From a bacterium (lineage in GTDB: Bacteria; Patescibacteriota; Patescibacteriia; 2-01-FULL-39-33), in the NCBI GenBank assembly GCA_029558735.1, contig JAKQDP010000070.1:42700-106699 (forward strand): DNA of 64,000 bases. The letters are read 5' to 3'. Position numbers and translations under genes: made by a program. The notes beneath the pieces are model-generated. The model did not search any database. It was not told the origin of the DNA and saw nothing but the letters and a program-made list of their open reading frames with translations. Shown piece by piece: positions 38,753 to 47,402 of the stretch (positions are counted from its first letter, which is position 1; every line of letters begins with the position of its first letter).

Positions 38753-39289
38753 TTATTGGCACGCCAACCACAAGCCCCGCTGAGCCGTTTTTGCCCGTTC
38801 CTGAGCTTGGGAAAAATCATTATTGTGACTGTCATTACCCGGATAATCGACAAATCGAGCAAAGCCCTCCTCAATCAACATCAGGTTGACCAGCTGATCA
38901 CCAACATAAACATAACGCAATAATCGACCGTAATCATCCTTTAGGGTTTCGCCTTTTTCCAGTCTCACTGTCTTGCCTTCGACCAACTCCTGATTGCGGT
39001 TTGTTGCCTCTTGGGCAAAACATTCTTTAGCCTGGCTGGAATAATAATTCATTTCCGACGCGTCAATGCCAATATAGCGAACGATTTCGCCGGTAGCCAG
39101 CTCAATTGTGTCGCCATCAATCACCCGAGCGACTGCGATGCTTCGCTCCTGATCCTGAGACCAGGGAATAAGCGGGATTTTAGCCGCCAAAATCGCCCAA
39201 TTGTCCGGCCGCAAATTTATCAGCCAGGCGGCAAAAATCAAAAATAGCGCTAGGAAAAAAAGAAACCACAATTTATTTTTACTAAACAT
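38753..39289 (-). CDS. Secreted/membrane-anchored thermonuclease (staphylococcal nuclease, SNase-like)
   Basis: N-terminal signal/TM. SNase motifs VIDGDTIEL...VRYIGIDASE, RLLRYVYV and QRGLW. Confidence 0.75.
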   Translation of the reverse strand: MFSKNKLWFLFFLALFLIFAAWLINLRPDNWAILAAKIPLIPWSQDQERSIAVARVIDGDTIELATGEIVRYIGIDASEMNYYSSQAKECFAQEATNRNQELVEGKTVRLEKGETLKDDYGRLLRYVYVGDQLVNLMLIEEGFARFVDYPGNDSHNNDFSQAQERAKTAQRGLWLACQ

Positions 39290-39372
39290 AACTTTTGTTT
39301 GCTTTAATTATAGCAAAAAAAGCATAATCAAGCGATAAGCTTTTAAAATTTTATTTATCTTAATCGATTAAA

Positions 39373-39927
39373 TTAATATTTTGCAAATTTATCAGCTAAA
39401 TGAGGGTACTTTCTTTTTAGTTTCTTCCATTCGGCACGCGGCAGGTCTGTTAACCATATTTTACCTTGGATTTCAAATTCTGGTGGGAAAACTAGTCCAT
39501 CGGCTGATTTGAGGCGTTGAAGCCAAAGATACCCCCCAATAGTTGTAGGGAATATTACCCCCTCGGCTGATTTAAGGTGTTGAAGCCAAAGATCCCCCCA
39601 AACGATTGTGGGGAGGGTTACACGGTTGGCTGATTCAAGGCGCTCAAGTTCAAGGCTCCCGCCAACAGTTGTAGGGAATATTACCCCATCGGCTGATTTA
39701 AGGCCATTAAGATAAAGGCTCCCAATAACTGTTGTAGGGAAGATTACCCCATCGACTGATTCACGCCCATAAAAATTAAGATTCCCATAATGATAAACAA
39801 TGTTGCCAGACAGGGCCTCGTGATTGGTTAAACTGATTTGTGATTCCTGACAGTCAAGAACTAGGGCTAGATCTTTTCTAATATTTCGGCCAGCTTGTAA
39901 TTTATTAATTCTTAGGTCTTTGTTCAT
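39373..39927 (-). CDS. Repeat protein with ~20-aa LRR-like repeats (L..LKSADGVIFPTT.GGSL.L)
   Basis: Five consecutive repeats are visible in the protein, matching ~60-bp tandem repeats in the DNA. Resembles BspA/LRR_5-type repeats. Confidence 0.5.
   Translation of the reverse strand: MNKDLRINKLQAGRNIRKDLALVLDCQESQISLTNHEALSGNIVYHYGNLNFYGRESVDGVIFPTTVIGSLYLNGLKSADGVIFPTTVGGSLELERLESANRVTLPTIVWGDLWLQHLKSAEGVIFPTTIGGYLWLQRLKSADGLVFPPEFEIQGKIWLTDLPRAEWKKLKRKYPHLADKFAKY
39480..39790. repeat. Tandem ~60-bp coding repeats (5 copies) within the LRR-like gene
   Basis: Repeated ccatcggctgatttaaggc..ttaag...aggctccc.a...gttgtagggaa.attacc units. Confidence 0.5.
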
Positions 39928-39990
39928 GCCGAAATACCTGATAGGGCTTTCGATTTCATAAAGGAAAACGAGCTCGCTTTTGTTTAACGT

Positions 39991-41247
39991 CTAGCCTTGC
40001 CTGGTTTTGTTTTCTATTTCCGTAAGCTTCTTCATGTCTTGAGATTTGCCTTCGTATTGCTCACCATTGCCAAATTCAGCCAGTTCGGCACTTGCCACTT
40101 CGCTCATATAGGGATCAAGATTCTGTTTATGGGCAATGCCTCTCATTTCAGCAATTTGATCGCCTTTGGCATGAATGGCGATTCGGGGGAAAGTCGGATT
40201 GCCTTTCTCATCATTGGAATAATAGATATAGAGATCGCCGGTTTTTAAATATTCGTTGGCTGCTCCTTTGCCGGCAATGCACAGGCCGGTACCCTTGCCT
40301 TTGAGGGTTTTAACCACTTCGCTTGTATTCGATCCTTGTTTATATTTTACCCACTTACCTTCGGTAACAGGCAAAAGCTCTTGGGGAATCGGATTGAATG
40401 ATTCCATGGCCCAGGCATAGAGCTTGGCAAAACTTTCCTGTTCCAGATATGTTTTAAATCTTTCTCTTTCCTTTTCGGAAATATCATAGCCGAATTTATG
40501 GCCTTGCCCTTTATGTTTTTCGACCAGGGCATCAGTTACGTAGCGCAAAGCTTCCGGATGGAGATCGGGAAATTTTTTAAGGGAATTTTTTGTTCGGCGG
40601 GGAAATTTGCCGAAAGTTTTTTCTTCGATTGTTTCTGCTGTCAATTCTGTAGCTTCTTTTTTTTCTCCACGAGCCTCTTTTGCCCAATTCTGGGGCTTTT
40701 CATACTCCTGGAGATTAACTATGCTGCGAAAAATCCAGTATTTAAGATAGTCGGGAATGTCGCCTGAAAGCTCGTCATCCAGAAAGTAGTCAACCCATTC
40801 TTCAAGCGAGCCTCTTTGGTCTTCGATCAGTGTCTCAGCGTGATTTCTTTTGTATTTTTCTTTTTCCTCTTCATCCATATCTTCCCAATCAGCAGACAGC
40901 CCATGCTCGTAAAGCTCGCGATAGAAAGAACCCATGCCGCCTTTTTCGTCTTTTTCTCGCCAGTAGTTGTCGGGAATACTTTCATATTTGGTAATGAATT
41001 TATCCATAATAATGGATTTGAATCTCTCGATGGCGCGCTCCCTTGATCTGTCATCCTTGATTTCGGCAAGTAGATTTTTATGCTCTGTGAACCTATCTAG
41101 GTAATTTTGAATCAGGGACGCAAAATCACCGGATACTTTTTTGCCGGTCCTTCTTTCGGTTCTTTTTTTGGCGCTCATCACTTCCTCGGCCTTGCCCAGG
41201 CCGGGGAATTTATTGAGGAATTCCGGATTTTTAAAGCTCTCTGGCAT
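39991..41247 (-). CDS. Hypothetical protein, 418 aa, highly charged (K/E/D-rich), no TM and no recognisable domain
   Basis: Long ORF with good codon-usage continuity. No motif recognised by eye. Confidence 0.5.
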   Translation of the reverse strand: MPESFKNPEFLNKFPGLGKAEEVMSAKKRTERRTGKKVSGDFASLIQNYLDRFTEHKNLLAEIKDDRSRERAIERFKSIIMDKFITKYESIPDNYWREKDEKGGMGSFYRELYEHGLSADWEDMDEEEKEKYKRNHAETLIEDQRGSLEEWVDYFLDDELSGDIPDYLKYWIFRSIVNLQEYEKPQNWAKEARGEKKEATELTAETIEEKTFGKFPRRTKNSLKKFPDLHPEALRYVTDALVEKHKGQGHKFGYDISEKERERFKTYLEQESFAKLYAWAMESFNPIPQELLPVTEGKWVKYKQGSNTSEVVKTLKGKGTGLCIAGKGAANEYLKTGDLYIYYSNDEKGNPTFPRIAIHAKGDQIAEMRGIAHKQNLDPYMSEVASAELAEFGNGEQYEGKSQDMKKLTEIENKTRQG

Positions 41248-41386
41248 ATTATTTAAAGCTTAATTATATGCCTTCATTTTAGCCCAAAAAGAGGGATTTT
41301 ACAATTTCTGCGAGGTCGAACCGCCGTATCCTCGGCGGCTGGCGGCGGATTATTTTTATTATTTATGGAAGAGTGATAGGATTTAA

Positions 41387-41466
41387 GAATCCTAACTCTC
41401 ATTAAATAATTTAAATAGACACCTTTTGGGTGCCTATTTAAATTATCAAACTGCGGGACTAGGATT
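41387..41466. repeat. 80-bp direct repeat, copy 1; contains a duplicate of the last 16 nt of tRNA-Gln
   Basis: gaatcctaactctcattaaataatttaaatagacaccttttgggtgcctatttaaattatcaaactgcgggactaggatt is identical to 41605-41684. Confidence 0.7.
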
Positions 41467-41604
41467 TCCGCCTCGTCTTTTTGCCAAAAAGCAAAAAGAC
41501 TTGTTGTACTGGGCAGCGCCGGATGCTACGCCAGCTCGCATCCGGCGACATTCGGCTTCTCTTTTCGTCTTCCGCCGAAAAGCTTGCCTCACTTCTGCCC
41601 GTTC

Positions 41605-41684
41605 GAATCCTAACTCTCATTAAATAATTTAAATAGACACCTTTTGGGTGCCTATTTAAATTATCAAACTGCGGGACTAGGATT
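41605..41684. repeat. 80-bp direct repeat, copy 2; overlaps the genuine 3' end of tRNA-Gln
   Basis: Identical to copy 1. Period 218 bp. Confidence 0.7.
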
Positions 41685-41739
41685 CGAACCTAGGCTACCT
41701 GGGCCAGAACCAGGCGTCCTACCACTAGACTATCCCGCA
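41669..41739 (-). tRNA. tRNA-Gln (anticodon CTG)
   Basis: Acceptor TGCGGGA/TCCCGCA with U1-A72 and discriminator G (Gln identity). Anticodon stem-loop CCTGG-TTCTGGC-CCAGG. T-arm CTAGG-TTCGAAT-CCTAG. Confidence 0.75.
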
Positions 41740-41789
41740 TTATCCAATAAAGCCCGTTAAATTTAACATAAAAACATCAAAAAATCAAG

Positions 41790-43553
41790 CTAAAACATAC
41801 TGGCCACTTCCTGGGCCGCGTCTTTAGGTTTATTAAGATTGACCAAATTGCTCTCCGGTTGCGTTCCGGTTGACGGACCAATCTCAATCTGACCCGCATT
41901 ATTAACTATTGACCCCGATTCAATAATTACCGGCGCCTGATTAGCCGTCTCAACCGGATTAAGATCATCTTTGACTACGCCACAAACAATCACTTCCGCC
42001 TTGATTACCTCGGAAATCACCTTTTCTACCACGCGCCGATTTTTCATCTCTTCCAATCGATCTTTATAAAAAACGCTCTGAACTCCAATTTCCAACATAT
42101 TATCCCGACACTTTAACGGCTGACTGATTTTGAGTAGAGCCGACAAAGTATAGTTCTCCTCCAACAGCTTATCGGCAATTTCCGGCCAACAATGTTTTAC
42201 CTTCTTGAAGCTGATCGCCGAATGAGGTTTGAGTTTATCTTCATCGGAGATGAAATTGACTTCCACCTCCGGCTGACATTTCTTTTCTTTTTTCAGCTCC
42301 GTATTGGCCAAGGGTAGGTCTTTTTTGTCTTTACGCGGACTAAGATAAGAAATTTTCTCTTTAATTTTTTCTTTTACTGACTGATCGCCACCACCACTGC
42401 CACCACCACCCTCATCGTTATCTGATTGTTGAACTGTTTCCTGACAAAGCTGAACAATCGCCAATTCCAGGGGAAATTGAGGAATAAAAGATGTTTTAAT
42501 CTCCTGTTTTTTGAGATTAAATAAATCAATCATTGCCATTAAAACAGTATCATCAAAGCGCTGGGATAATTTTTGCGCTTCCCGAGCGGTTGTTTCGTCA
42601 AGCTCAAGACCAAAATCTCCCAAAGCCCCACTGACTCTTATTAACATCACTTTACGCAAAAACTCCAAGAGATTGTCAACAAAAACGAACAAATCCATAC
42701 CGTTATTGGCTAGATTATTGATCAATTCAATTCCGGCGGTAGCATTCTTATCCAACAAAAAATTGAGCAGTTTAATAATTGAATCAAAATCAGAACGAGG
42801 CAAAACGATTTCCGCCTCAGCAATGCCGATATCATCACCTAAAATCAAAATTTTTCCGAGCAGGCTTTCAGCGTCCCGAACACAGCCCTCGGAGTGAATG
42901 ACAATATTGGTCAACACCTCTTCAGCCACGCGCTTGCCTTCTTGGGCCACTATTTGTCTGAGTTTTTTCTTTAATTCCTCCGCTGTCACCTTATGAAAAT
43001 CAAAGCGCTGACAACGAGAAATAATCGTCTGAGGAATTTTATGAATTTCGGTGGTGCACAAAATGAAAACCACGTGGGCCGGCGGCTCTTCCAAGGTTTT
43101 GAGCAAGGCATTGAAAGCGGAAATGGACAACATATGAACCTCATCAATGATAAACACCTTATACTTGCTTTGATTGGGTGTAAACCGGGAATTTTCAATG
43201 ATATTTTCCCGAACATTGTCCACGCCAGTGTGCGAAGCCGCGTCAATCTCAATAATATCAATGGCACTGCCGGCGATAATCGCCCGGCAGGAGGAACATT
43301 GATTGCAGGGCTCGCTCTGATCAGCCGGCCGACTTTCACAATTAATCGCTTTGGCCAGTAGTCGAGCCAACGTGGTCTTACCCAAGCCGCGCGGACCGCA
43401 AAAAAGATAAGCCTGACCGATCTCCGACCGTTCAATCTCATGTTGCAAAGTAACTTTGATATGGTTTTGACCGATGACTTCAGCAAAAGTCTGCGGCCGA
43501 TATTTGCGATATAATACTGACATATTGGCAAAGAAGATGGGCCGACCTGACAA
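41790..43553 (-). CDS. dnaX: DNA polymerase III subunit gamma/tau
   Basis: RKYRPQTFAEVIGQ, AAA+ Walker A GPRGLGKTT, a Cys4 zinc module CNQCSSC and Walker B/sensor motifs. The start appears to be TTG. The 181-aa ORF at 42986-43531 in another frame is spurious. Confidence 0.9.
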   Translation of the reverse strand: MSGRPIFFANMSVLYRKYRPQTFAEVIGQNHIKVTLQHEIERSEIGQAYLFCGPRGLGKTTLARLLAKAINCESRPADQSEPCNQCSSCRAIIAGSAIDIIEIDAASHTGVDNVRENIIENSRFTPNQSKYKVFIIDEVHMLSISAFNALLKTLEEPPAHVVFILCTTEIHKIPQTIISRCQRFDFHKVTAEELKKKLRQIVAQEGKRVAEEVLTNIVIHSEGCVRDAESLLGKILILGDDIGIAEAEIVLPRSDFDSIIKLLNFLLDKNATAGIELINNLANNGMDLFVFVDNLLEFLRKVMLIRVSGALGDFGLELDETTAREAQKLSQRFDDTVLMAMIDLFNLKKQEIKTSFIPQFPLELAIVQLCQETVQQSDNDEGGGGSGGGDQSVKEKIKEKISYLSPRKDKKDLPLANTELKKEKKCQPEVEVNFISDEDKLKPHSAISFKKVKHCWPEIADKLLEENYTLSALLKISQPLKCRDNMLEIGVQSVFYKDRLEEMKNRRVVEKVISEVIKAEVIVCGVVKDDLNPVETANQAPVIIESGSIVNNAGQIEIGPSTGTQPESNLVNLNKPKDAAQEVASMF

Positions 43554-43852
43554 TTGTCAGGGCGGCCTTTAATTTTACTTATAACGGCGACTTTTTTTAA
43601 TTGGTCGGCTATGACGACGCCAAACCGATTCCCGAGTGCCTAAATTAGTTCCGGCCAAAAAAAGCCAGTAACCAGTCAGAGAGCCGGCTGTCTGACCTGC
43701 CACTAAGGGGCTTTTTCTCCTTTCCACCAAATGCCTCCCGGGCTCAATCAGTTGAGAAGACCAGTCATTTGAGGTGTCTATCAATTCCAGAGCTGACCAA
43801 ATTCTGACAACCATCATCCTGACTCCTTTCTCTGTTTTAATGATAATCGATT

Positions 43853-43899
43853 ATCAAAAAAAAATCAAAAGGCGGCCAAACTATCATAGTTTAGCCGCC
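43853..43899 (-). terminator. Intrinsic terminator downstream of the 78-aa ORF
   Basis: 14-bp hairpin ggcggccaaactat-c-atagtttagccgcc with a long T-run on the minus strand (plus-strand tcaaaaaaaaatcaaaa). Confidence 0.45.
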
Positions 43900-43955
43900 A
43901 ATTACCAATAGCGACCAAGCGGCGATTTCTTGGTTCTCCCCTGACCTAGCCATTC

Positions 43956-44192
43956 CTACCTCCTACCGTTCTCTGAATGCTCCTCCCAAGTTACCACGCT
44001 TGTTCCGTAATCTCGACCGTCAATTGTCGTCTTGAGCCACTTTGCCCCAAAACCATTAATGGGGTTGTTGATTTCCTGCACCGAATACCAGCCTGGGTTG
44101 ATGATTAGGAATTCCCATGGTTGGGAGCCCAATCGAACAACGGGCATCGGCCTAATAATCTTCTTATTTATCATCGTTAACTCCTTAGCCAC
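43956..44192 (-). CDS. Hypothetical small protein, 78 aa
   Basis: ORF with its own downstream terminator, immediately 3' of the ATPase gene. No recognisable motif. Confidence 0.4.
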   Translation of the reverse strand: MAKELTMINKKIIRPMPVVRLGSQPWEFLIINPGWYSVQEINNPINGFGAKWLKTTIDGRDYGTSVVTWEEHSENGRR

Positions 44193-44214
44193 TAACCGCT
44201 ATTGGCTGCCAACT

Positions 44215-44240
44215 GGATGAAAAAAGAGGCGTTTGCCTCT
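44215..44240 (-). terminator. Intrinsic terminator downstream of the VirB4-like ATPase gene
   Basis: Hairpin aagaggc-gttt-gcctctt with ttttttcat on the minus strand. Confidence 0.45.
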
Positions 44241-44255
44241 TTGTTTGTTAATTGT

Positions 44256-46805
44256 TCAAAGTACTCTTTTGGGCTTGGCTGCTAATTGCCCTAATTTGGC
44301 CTGATCGATTATTTCCTGGACCACCAATTGACGATCACGGCCATATTTTAACCGTGATAAACCACGTAAAAGGCTCACATTATCGATGTTTTTATCGTCC
44401 GACAAGAGCCGACTGGCCATATTGAAAGCCTCGGAAGCGGTGTTATCTATCAACAGTCTAACATAAGCGTTAAATTTTTCAATATTCATCAAATCGTATT
44501 CGCTGACCCGCGGTCCCAGCTGTTTGGCCACCACCTCGGCATCGTCAACACCAATTCTAAAACTAATTAAGGTGCCGACATTGCCAAAGACCGCATCCTT
44601 GACCCGACTGTCACCATTGACTACCAATTGGGCGATATATTGATGCGCCATAATCAAATTTAATTTGTATTTGCGAGCTTCAGCCAAGATAACCGAAATA
44701 CTATCAGTAATAAAATTTTGAAACTCATCAATATACAGATAAAAACTTTTCCGCTTGGCTTCCGGTAAGTCAGCGCGGGACAAGGCGGCCATCTGTAGTT
44801 TGGACACTGCAATCAATCCCAACAGATTACTGTTGGTTTCGCCGATTTTGCCCTTTGATAAATTCATTAGTAAAATTTTGCCCTGATCCATTACTTGACG
44901 AAAATTAATGCCGGACTGACGTTGGCCAATGATGTTTCTCATCATTTCATTTTCCACGAACCGACCGGTCTTGGAAATCACATAAGACAACATATCGGCG
45001 GCGGTCGAACCTTTTTGCGAGGCGGTGTATTCCCGCTCCCAAAAATCTTTGACTAGAATATCCTTGACATGCGCCAATTTCTGCTGCCGATAACCCTCAT
45101 CAGTAAAAATCCGCCCCAATTCCACCAAAGTACCGGGGTTATCCTGATCAGCCATTAGCGCCAATAAGGCATTTCTCATATAATGCTCAAACATCGGGCC
45201 GGCCATAGCCGGGTCAGGCAATAATTTGTAAAAAATATTTATCATTTCCTGGGTGGCAAAATCCATTTCTTGAGTGGTCTTGGCTTCCAGCATATTCAGA
45301 CCGATCGGCCGCTCAACATCGGACGGATCAAAAATAATCACGTCTTCAAATCGCTCTTTGGGAATGTAGGGTAAAATATCTTCAATCAATGAGCCGTGCG
45401 GATCGACAATGCAGACGCCCTTACCTTGCTTAATATCTTGAATTGCCAAATTAGCCATCAGATAAGATTTACCGGAGCCGGTCATACCAATAATATACAT
45501 ATGACGCTCACGGTCACGATCTTTGATTCTGATTAACTGCTTATTGCCACGATAAAAACTATCCCCCAAAATCAGACCCTCCTGAGGTATTTCCTGAGGC
45601 GGGGCCAAGCGCCGCGCCTGCAACCAACGCAAATGAGGGATATCTGTATTAAGTAAGGGCAAATGCCAAAGGGAAGCCATTTCTTCAGTATTTAAAACCA
45701 AGACCGATTTCTCATCAAAATTGCGGTAAATAAAATCATTAATAAATTTCGGCCCCGAGCCTTTGATGACTGCCTTAAAGCCATTGGCATATTCATAATT
45801 GGAGTATTGAGAAAAAGAATTGGCAATCTGGCGCAAAATATTTTTGGCCTGATTTTCATCGGCCGCAAAAGACACCAGCCGAATATTGACATCCAGACCG
45901 GCCTTGGACGCTTTTTCTTCGATTGAACGCATCATCTGCTCTTCCATTGGCGACAGCCGATACTGAGGCAGGCCGGCCTTATCAGCCGCCTGATCCTTAT
46001 TGGCATAAAACCAATCCGCCGGCTTGCCAATCACCCCCAAGAGACCACCCGAACCGTTACTGGCGGCGTTTAAAGCCTGCTTTAAATTTTTACCTTGCTG
46101 CATCTCTGAAGCCACCTTGACTCCCCGCTTGCGCCAAGTCCCTTTAGCCGAGCGCATTACCAATTGAATGGCGGCCATCTGGCCATTGGACAATTTGGAC
46201 AGCGTGCTGAGCAGTGAATTCAAAGGATCAGCATCAATATTTTTGTAAGTCAGAATGGGAAACATTTTATCCTTAATCAGCTTCAAATAGCCAACTGCCA
46301 CAAACCCTTGGGGCTGAAAAATATTATAATCATCCACCTCATCAATTTGACAATAAGGATAATGGGACAAAAACTGCTGTTTAATATAATCGGTCAGATA
46401 CTGAGGAACGGCAATATAAAAAGTAATCAAACCATCCGTACCAAACACAATTTCAAACGACCAATGGTCGTGCCGACCAAACAACCACGGCCGCCAGCCG
46501 CGATCGGCCCGCAAGCCGCCCAAACTGGAATAAAAATTATCAATCCCGGCCAAAATCTCTTTGGGCTCCTTGGCTTTGTCTTCTTGGTCCAAAGAGCGTT
46601 GGGGAATAGCCAACCGAAACACTTTTTTATGATAAGCCGGCGGAATTATCTGATAACGAGCAAATAATAATTTTAAAACCCACAAAACCAACAAGACAAA
46701 AAATAAAACCAACAACAAAACAACCACCAGCCCCAGCCAGGGATACAGTTGAACAACCAAAGAACCAACTTCCGGCGACACTTGATAATTCAGGCCATAA
46801 TCCAT
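44256..46805 (-). CDS. Membrane-anchored VirB4/TraC/TrbE-like (HerA/FtsK superfamily) AAA ATPase
   Basis: N-terminal TM helices. Mid-protein Walker A HMYIIGMTGSGKSYLMANL followed by VCIVDPHG. Walker B YLYIDEFQNF. Then ARKYKLNLIMAHQ, typical of VirB4/CagE/DUF87 ATPases. 849 aa. Confidence 0.6.
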   Translation of the reverse strand: MDYGLNYQVSPEVGSLVVQLYPWLGLVVVLLLVLFFVLLVLWVLKLLFARYQIIPPAYHKKVFRLAIPQRSLDQEDKAKEPKEILAGIDNFYSSLGGLRADRGWRPWLFGRHDHWSFEIVFGTDGLITFYIAVPQYLTDYIKQQFLSHYPYCQIDEVDDYNIFQPQGFVAVGYLKLIKDKMFPILTYKNIDADPLNSLLSTLSKLSNGQMAAIQLVMRSAKGTWRKRGVKVASEMQQGKNLKQALNAASNGSGGLLGVIGKPADWFYANKDQAADKAGLPQYRLSPMEEQMMRSIEEKASKAGLDVNIRLVSFAADENQAKNILRQIANSFSQYSNYEYANGFKAVIKGSGPKFINDFIYRNFDEKSVLVLNTEEMASLWHLPLLNTDIPHLRWLQARRLAPPQEIPQEGLILGDSFYRGNKQLIRIKDRDRERHMYIIGMTGSGKSYLMANLAIQDIKQGKGVCIVDPHGSLIEDILPYIPKERFEDVIIFDPSDVERPIGLNMLEAKTTQEMDFATQEMINIFYKLLPDPAMAGPMFEHYMRNALLALMADQDNPGTLVELGRIFTDEGYRQQKLAHVKDILVKDFWEREYTASQKGSTAADMLSYVISKTGRFVENEMMRNIIGQRQSGINFRQVMDQGKILLMNLSKGKIGETNSNLLGLIAVSKLQMAALSRADLPEAKRKSFYLYIDEFQNFITDSISVILAEARKYKLNLIMAHQYIAQLVVNGDSRVKDAVFGNVGTLISFRIGVDDAEVVAKQLGPRVSEYDLMNIEKFNAYVRLLIDNTASEAFNMASRLLSDDKNIDNVSLLRGLSRLKYGRDRQLVVQEIIDQAKLGQLAAKPKRVL

Positions 46806-46808
46806 AAA

Positions 46809-47285
46809 TTAAATCAGTCTATTTTTATCCATTTGGGAAACAATTTTATCGGCTTTAATTTTCGCTGCCTGCTCCAAAAAAAATTTATTCACGCCTGGAA
46901 TTGCTTTTAACCAATCCTTGATTAAACTAAGAATTTTTTTGATCTTTATTTTCGGTCGACTCACCAAAACAGCGATTTTTCGCGCCGTCACTTCGCCCTT
47001 AAGTTTAAAGGCGCGCTGGTCGGCTGGCGGCAAACTTAAATAAATATCCGCTAAATCTTCCTCCAAGATTGTTTCAATTCGCCGATAATGATCATCGGCA
47101 GCCGAAAGAACCGAACCAGTATCACTGGCGACCACGACTGGTTGGCAATAATCAACGGCCGAGCGTTCACTAGGGTTGACGGACAATTCTCTTGTTTCTT
47201 TAGGTGAAGTCTCCCCTGATTGTTCAATTTTGAAATCAGGAGAAAATTCCGGCGTTATTTTCTGATTGAGACCAAGGTTGGGCAT
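46809..47285 (-). CDS. Hypothetical protein, 158 aa, 4-nt intergenic gap to the ATPase gene (likely co-transcribed)
   Basis: ORF abutting the downstream ATPase gene. No recognisable motif. Confidence 0.45.
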   Translation of the reverse strand: MPNLGLNQKITPEFSPDFKIEQSGETSPKETRELSVNPSERSAVDYCQPVVVASDTGSVLSAADDHYRRIETILEEDLADIYLSLPPADQRAFKLKGEVTARKIAVLVSRPKIKIKKILSLIKDWLKAIPGVNKFFLEQAAKIKADKIVSQMDKNRLI

Positions 47286-47402
47286 AAAAAAAATTATTTA
47301 ATTACATTATACCACAAATCAATCATTCTGTGCTATAATATAATTAATTATTCATAATGCCGCGCCAAGTAAAATCCCCACCGCTAATCGGCTCCAAAAC
47401 TC

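Noticed and set aside
41290-41380. Second decayed tRNA 3' fragment (ctgcgaggtcgaaccgccg resembles ctgcgggactaggattcgaacc)
   Set aside because: It cannot be folded into a T-arm and acceptor strand. The similarity is limited to short GC-rich words.
42986-43531. 181-aa ORF in the track
   Set aside because: Lies entirely inside dnaX in another frame on the same strand, with Arg/Leu-rich junk composition.
43555-43955. SRP RNA (ffs) upstream of dnaX, as in the Firmicutes ffs-dnaX arrangement
   Set aside because: Neither strand contains the domain IV consensus (AGGUCAGG...GGAAGGAAGCAGCC). Only unrelated hairpins and a terminator are present.
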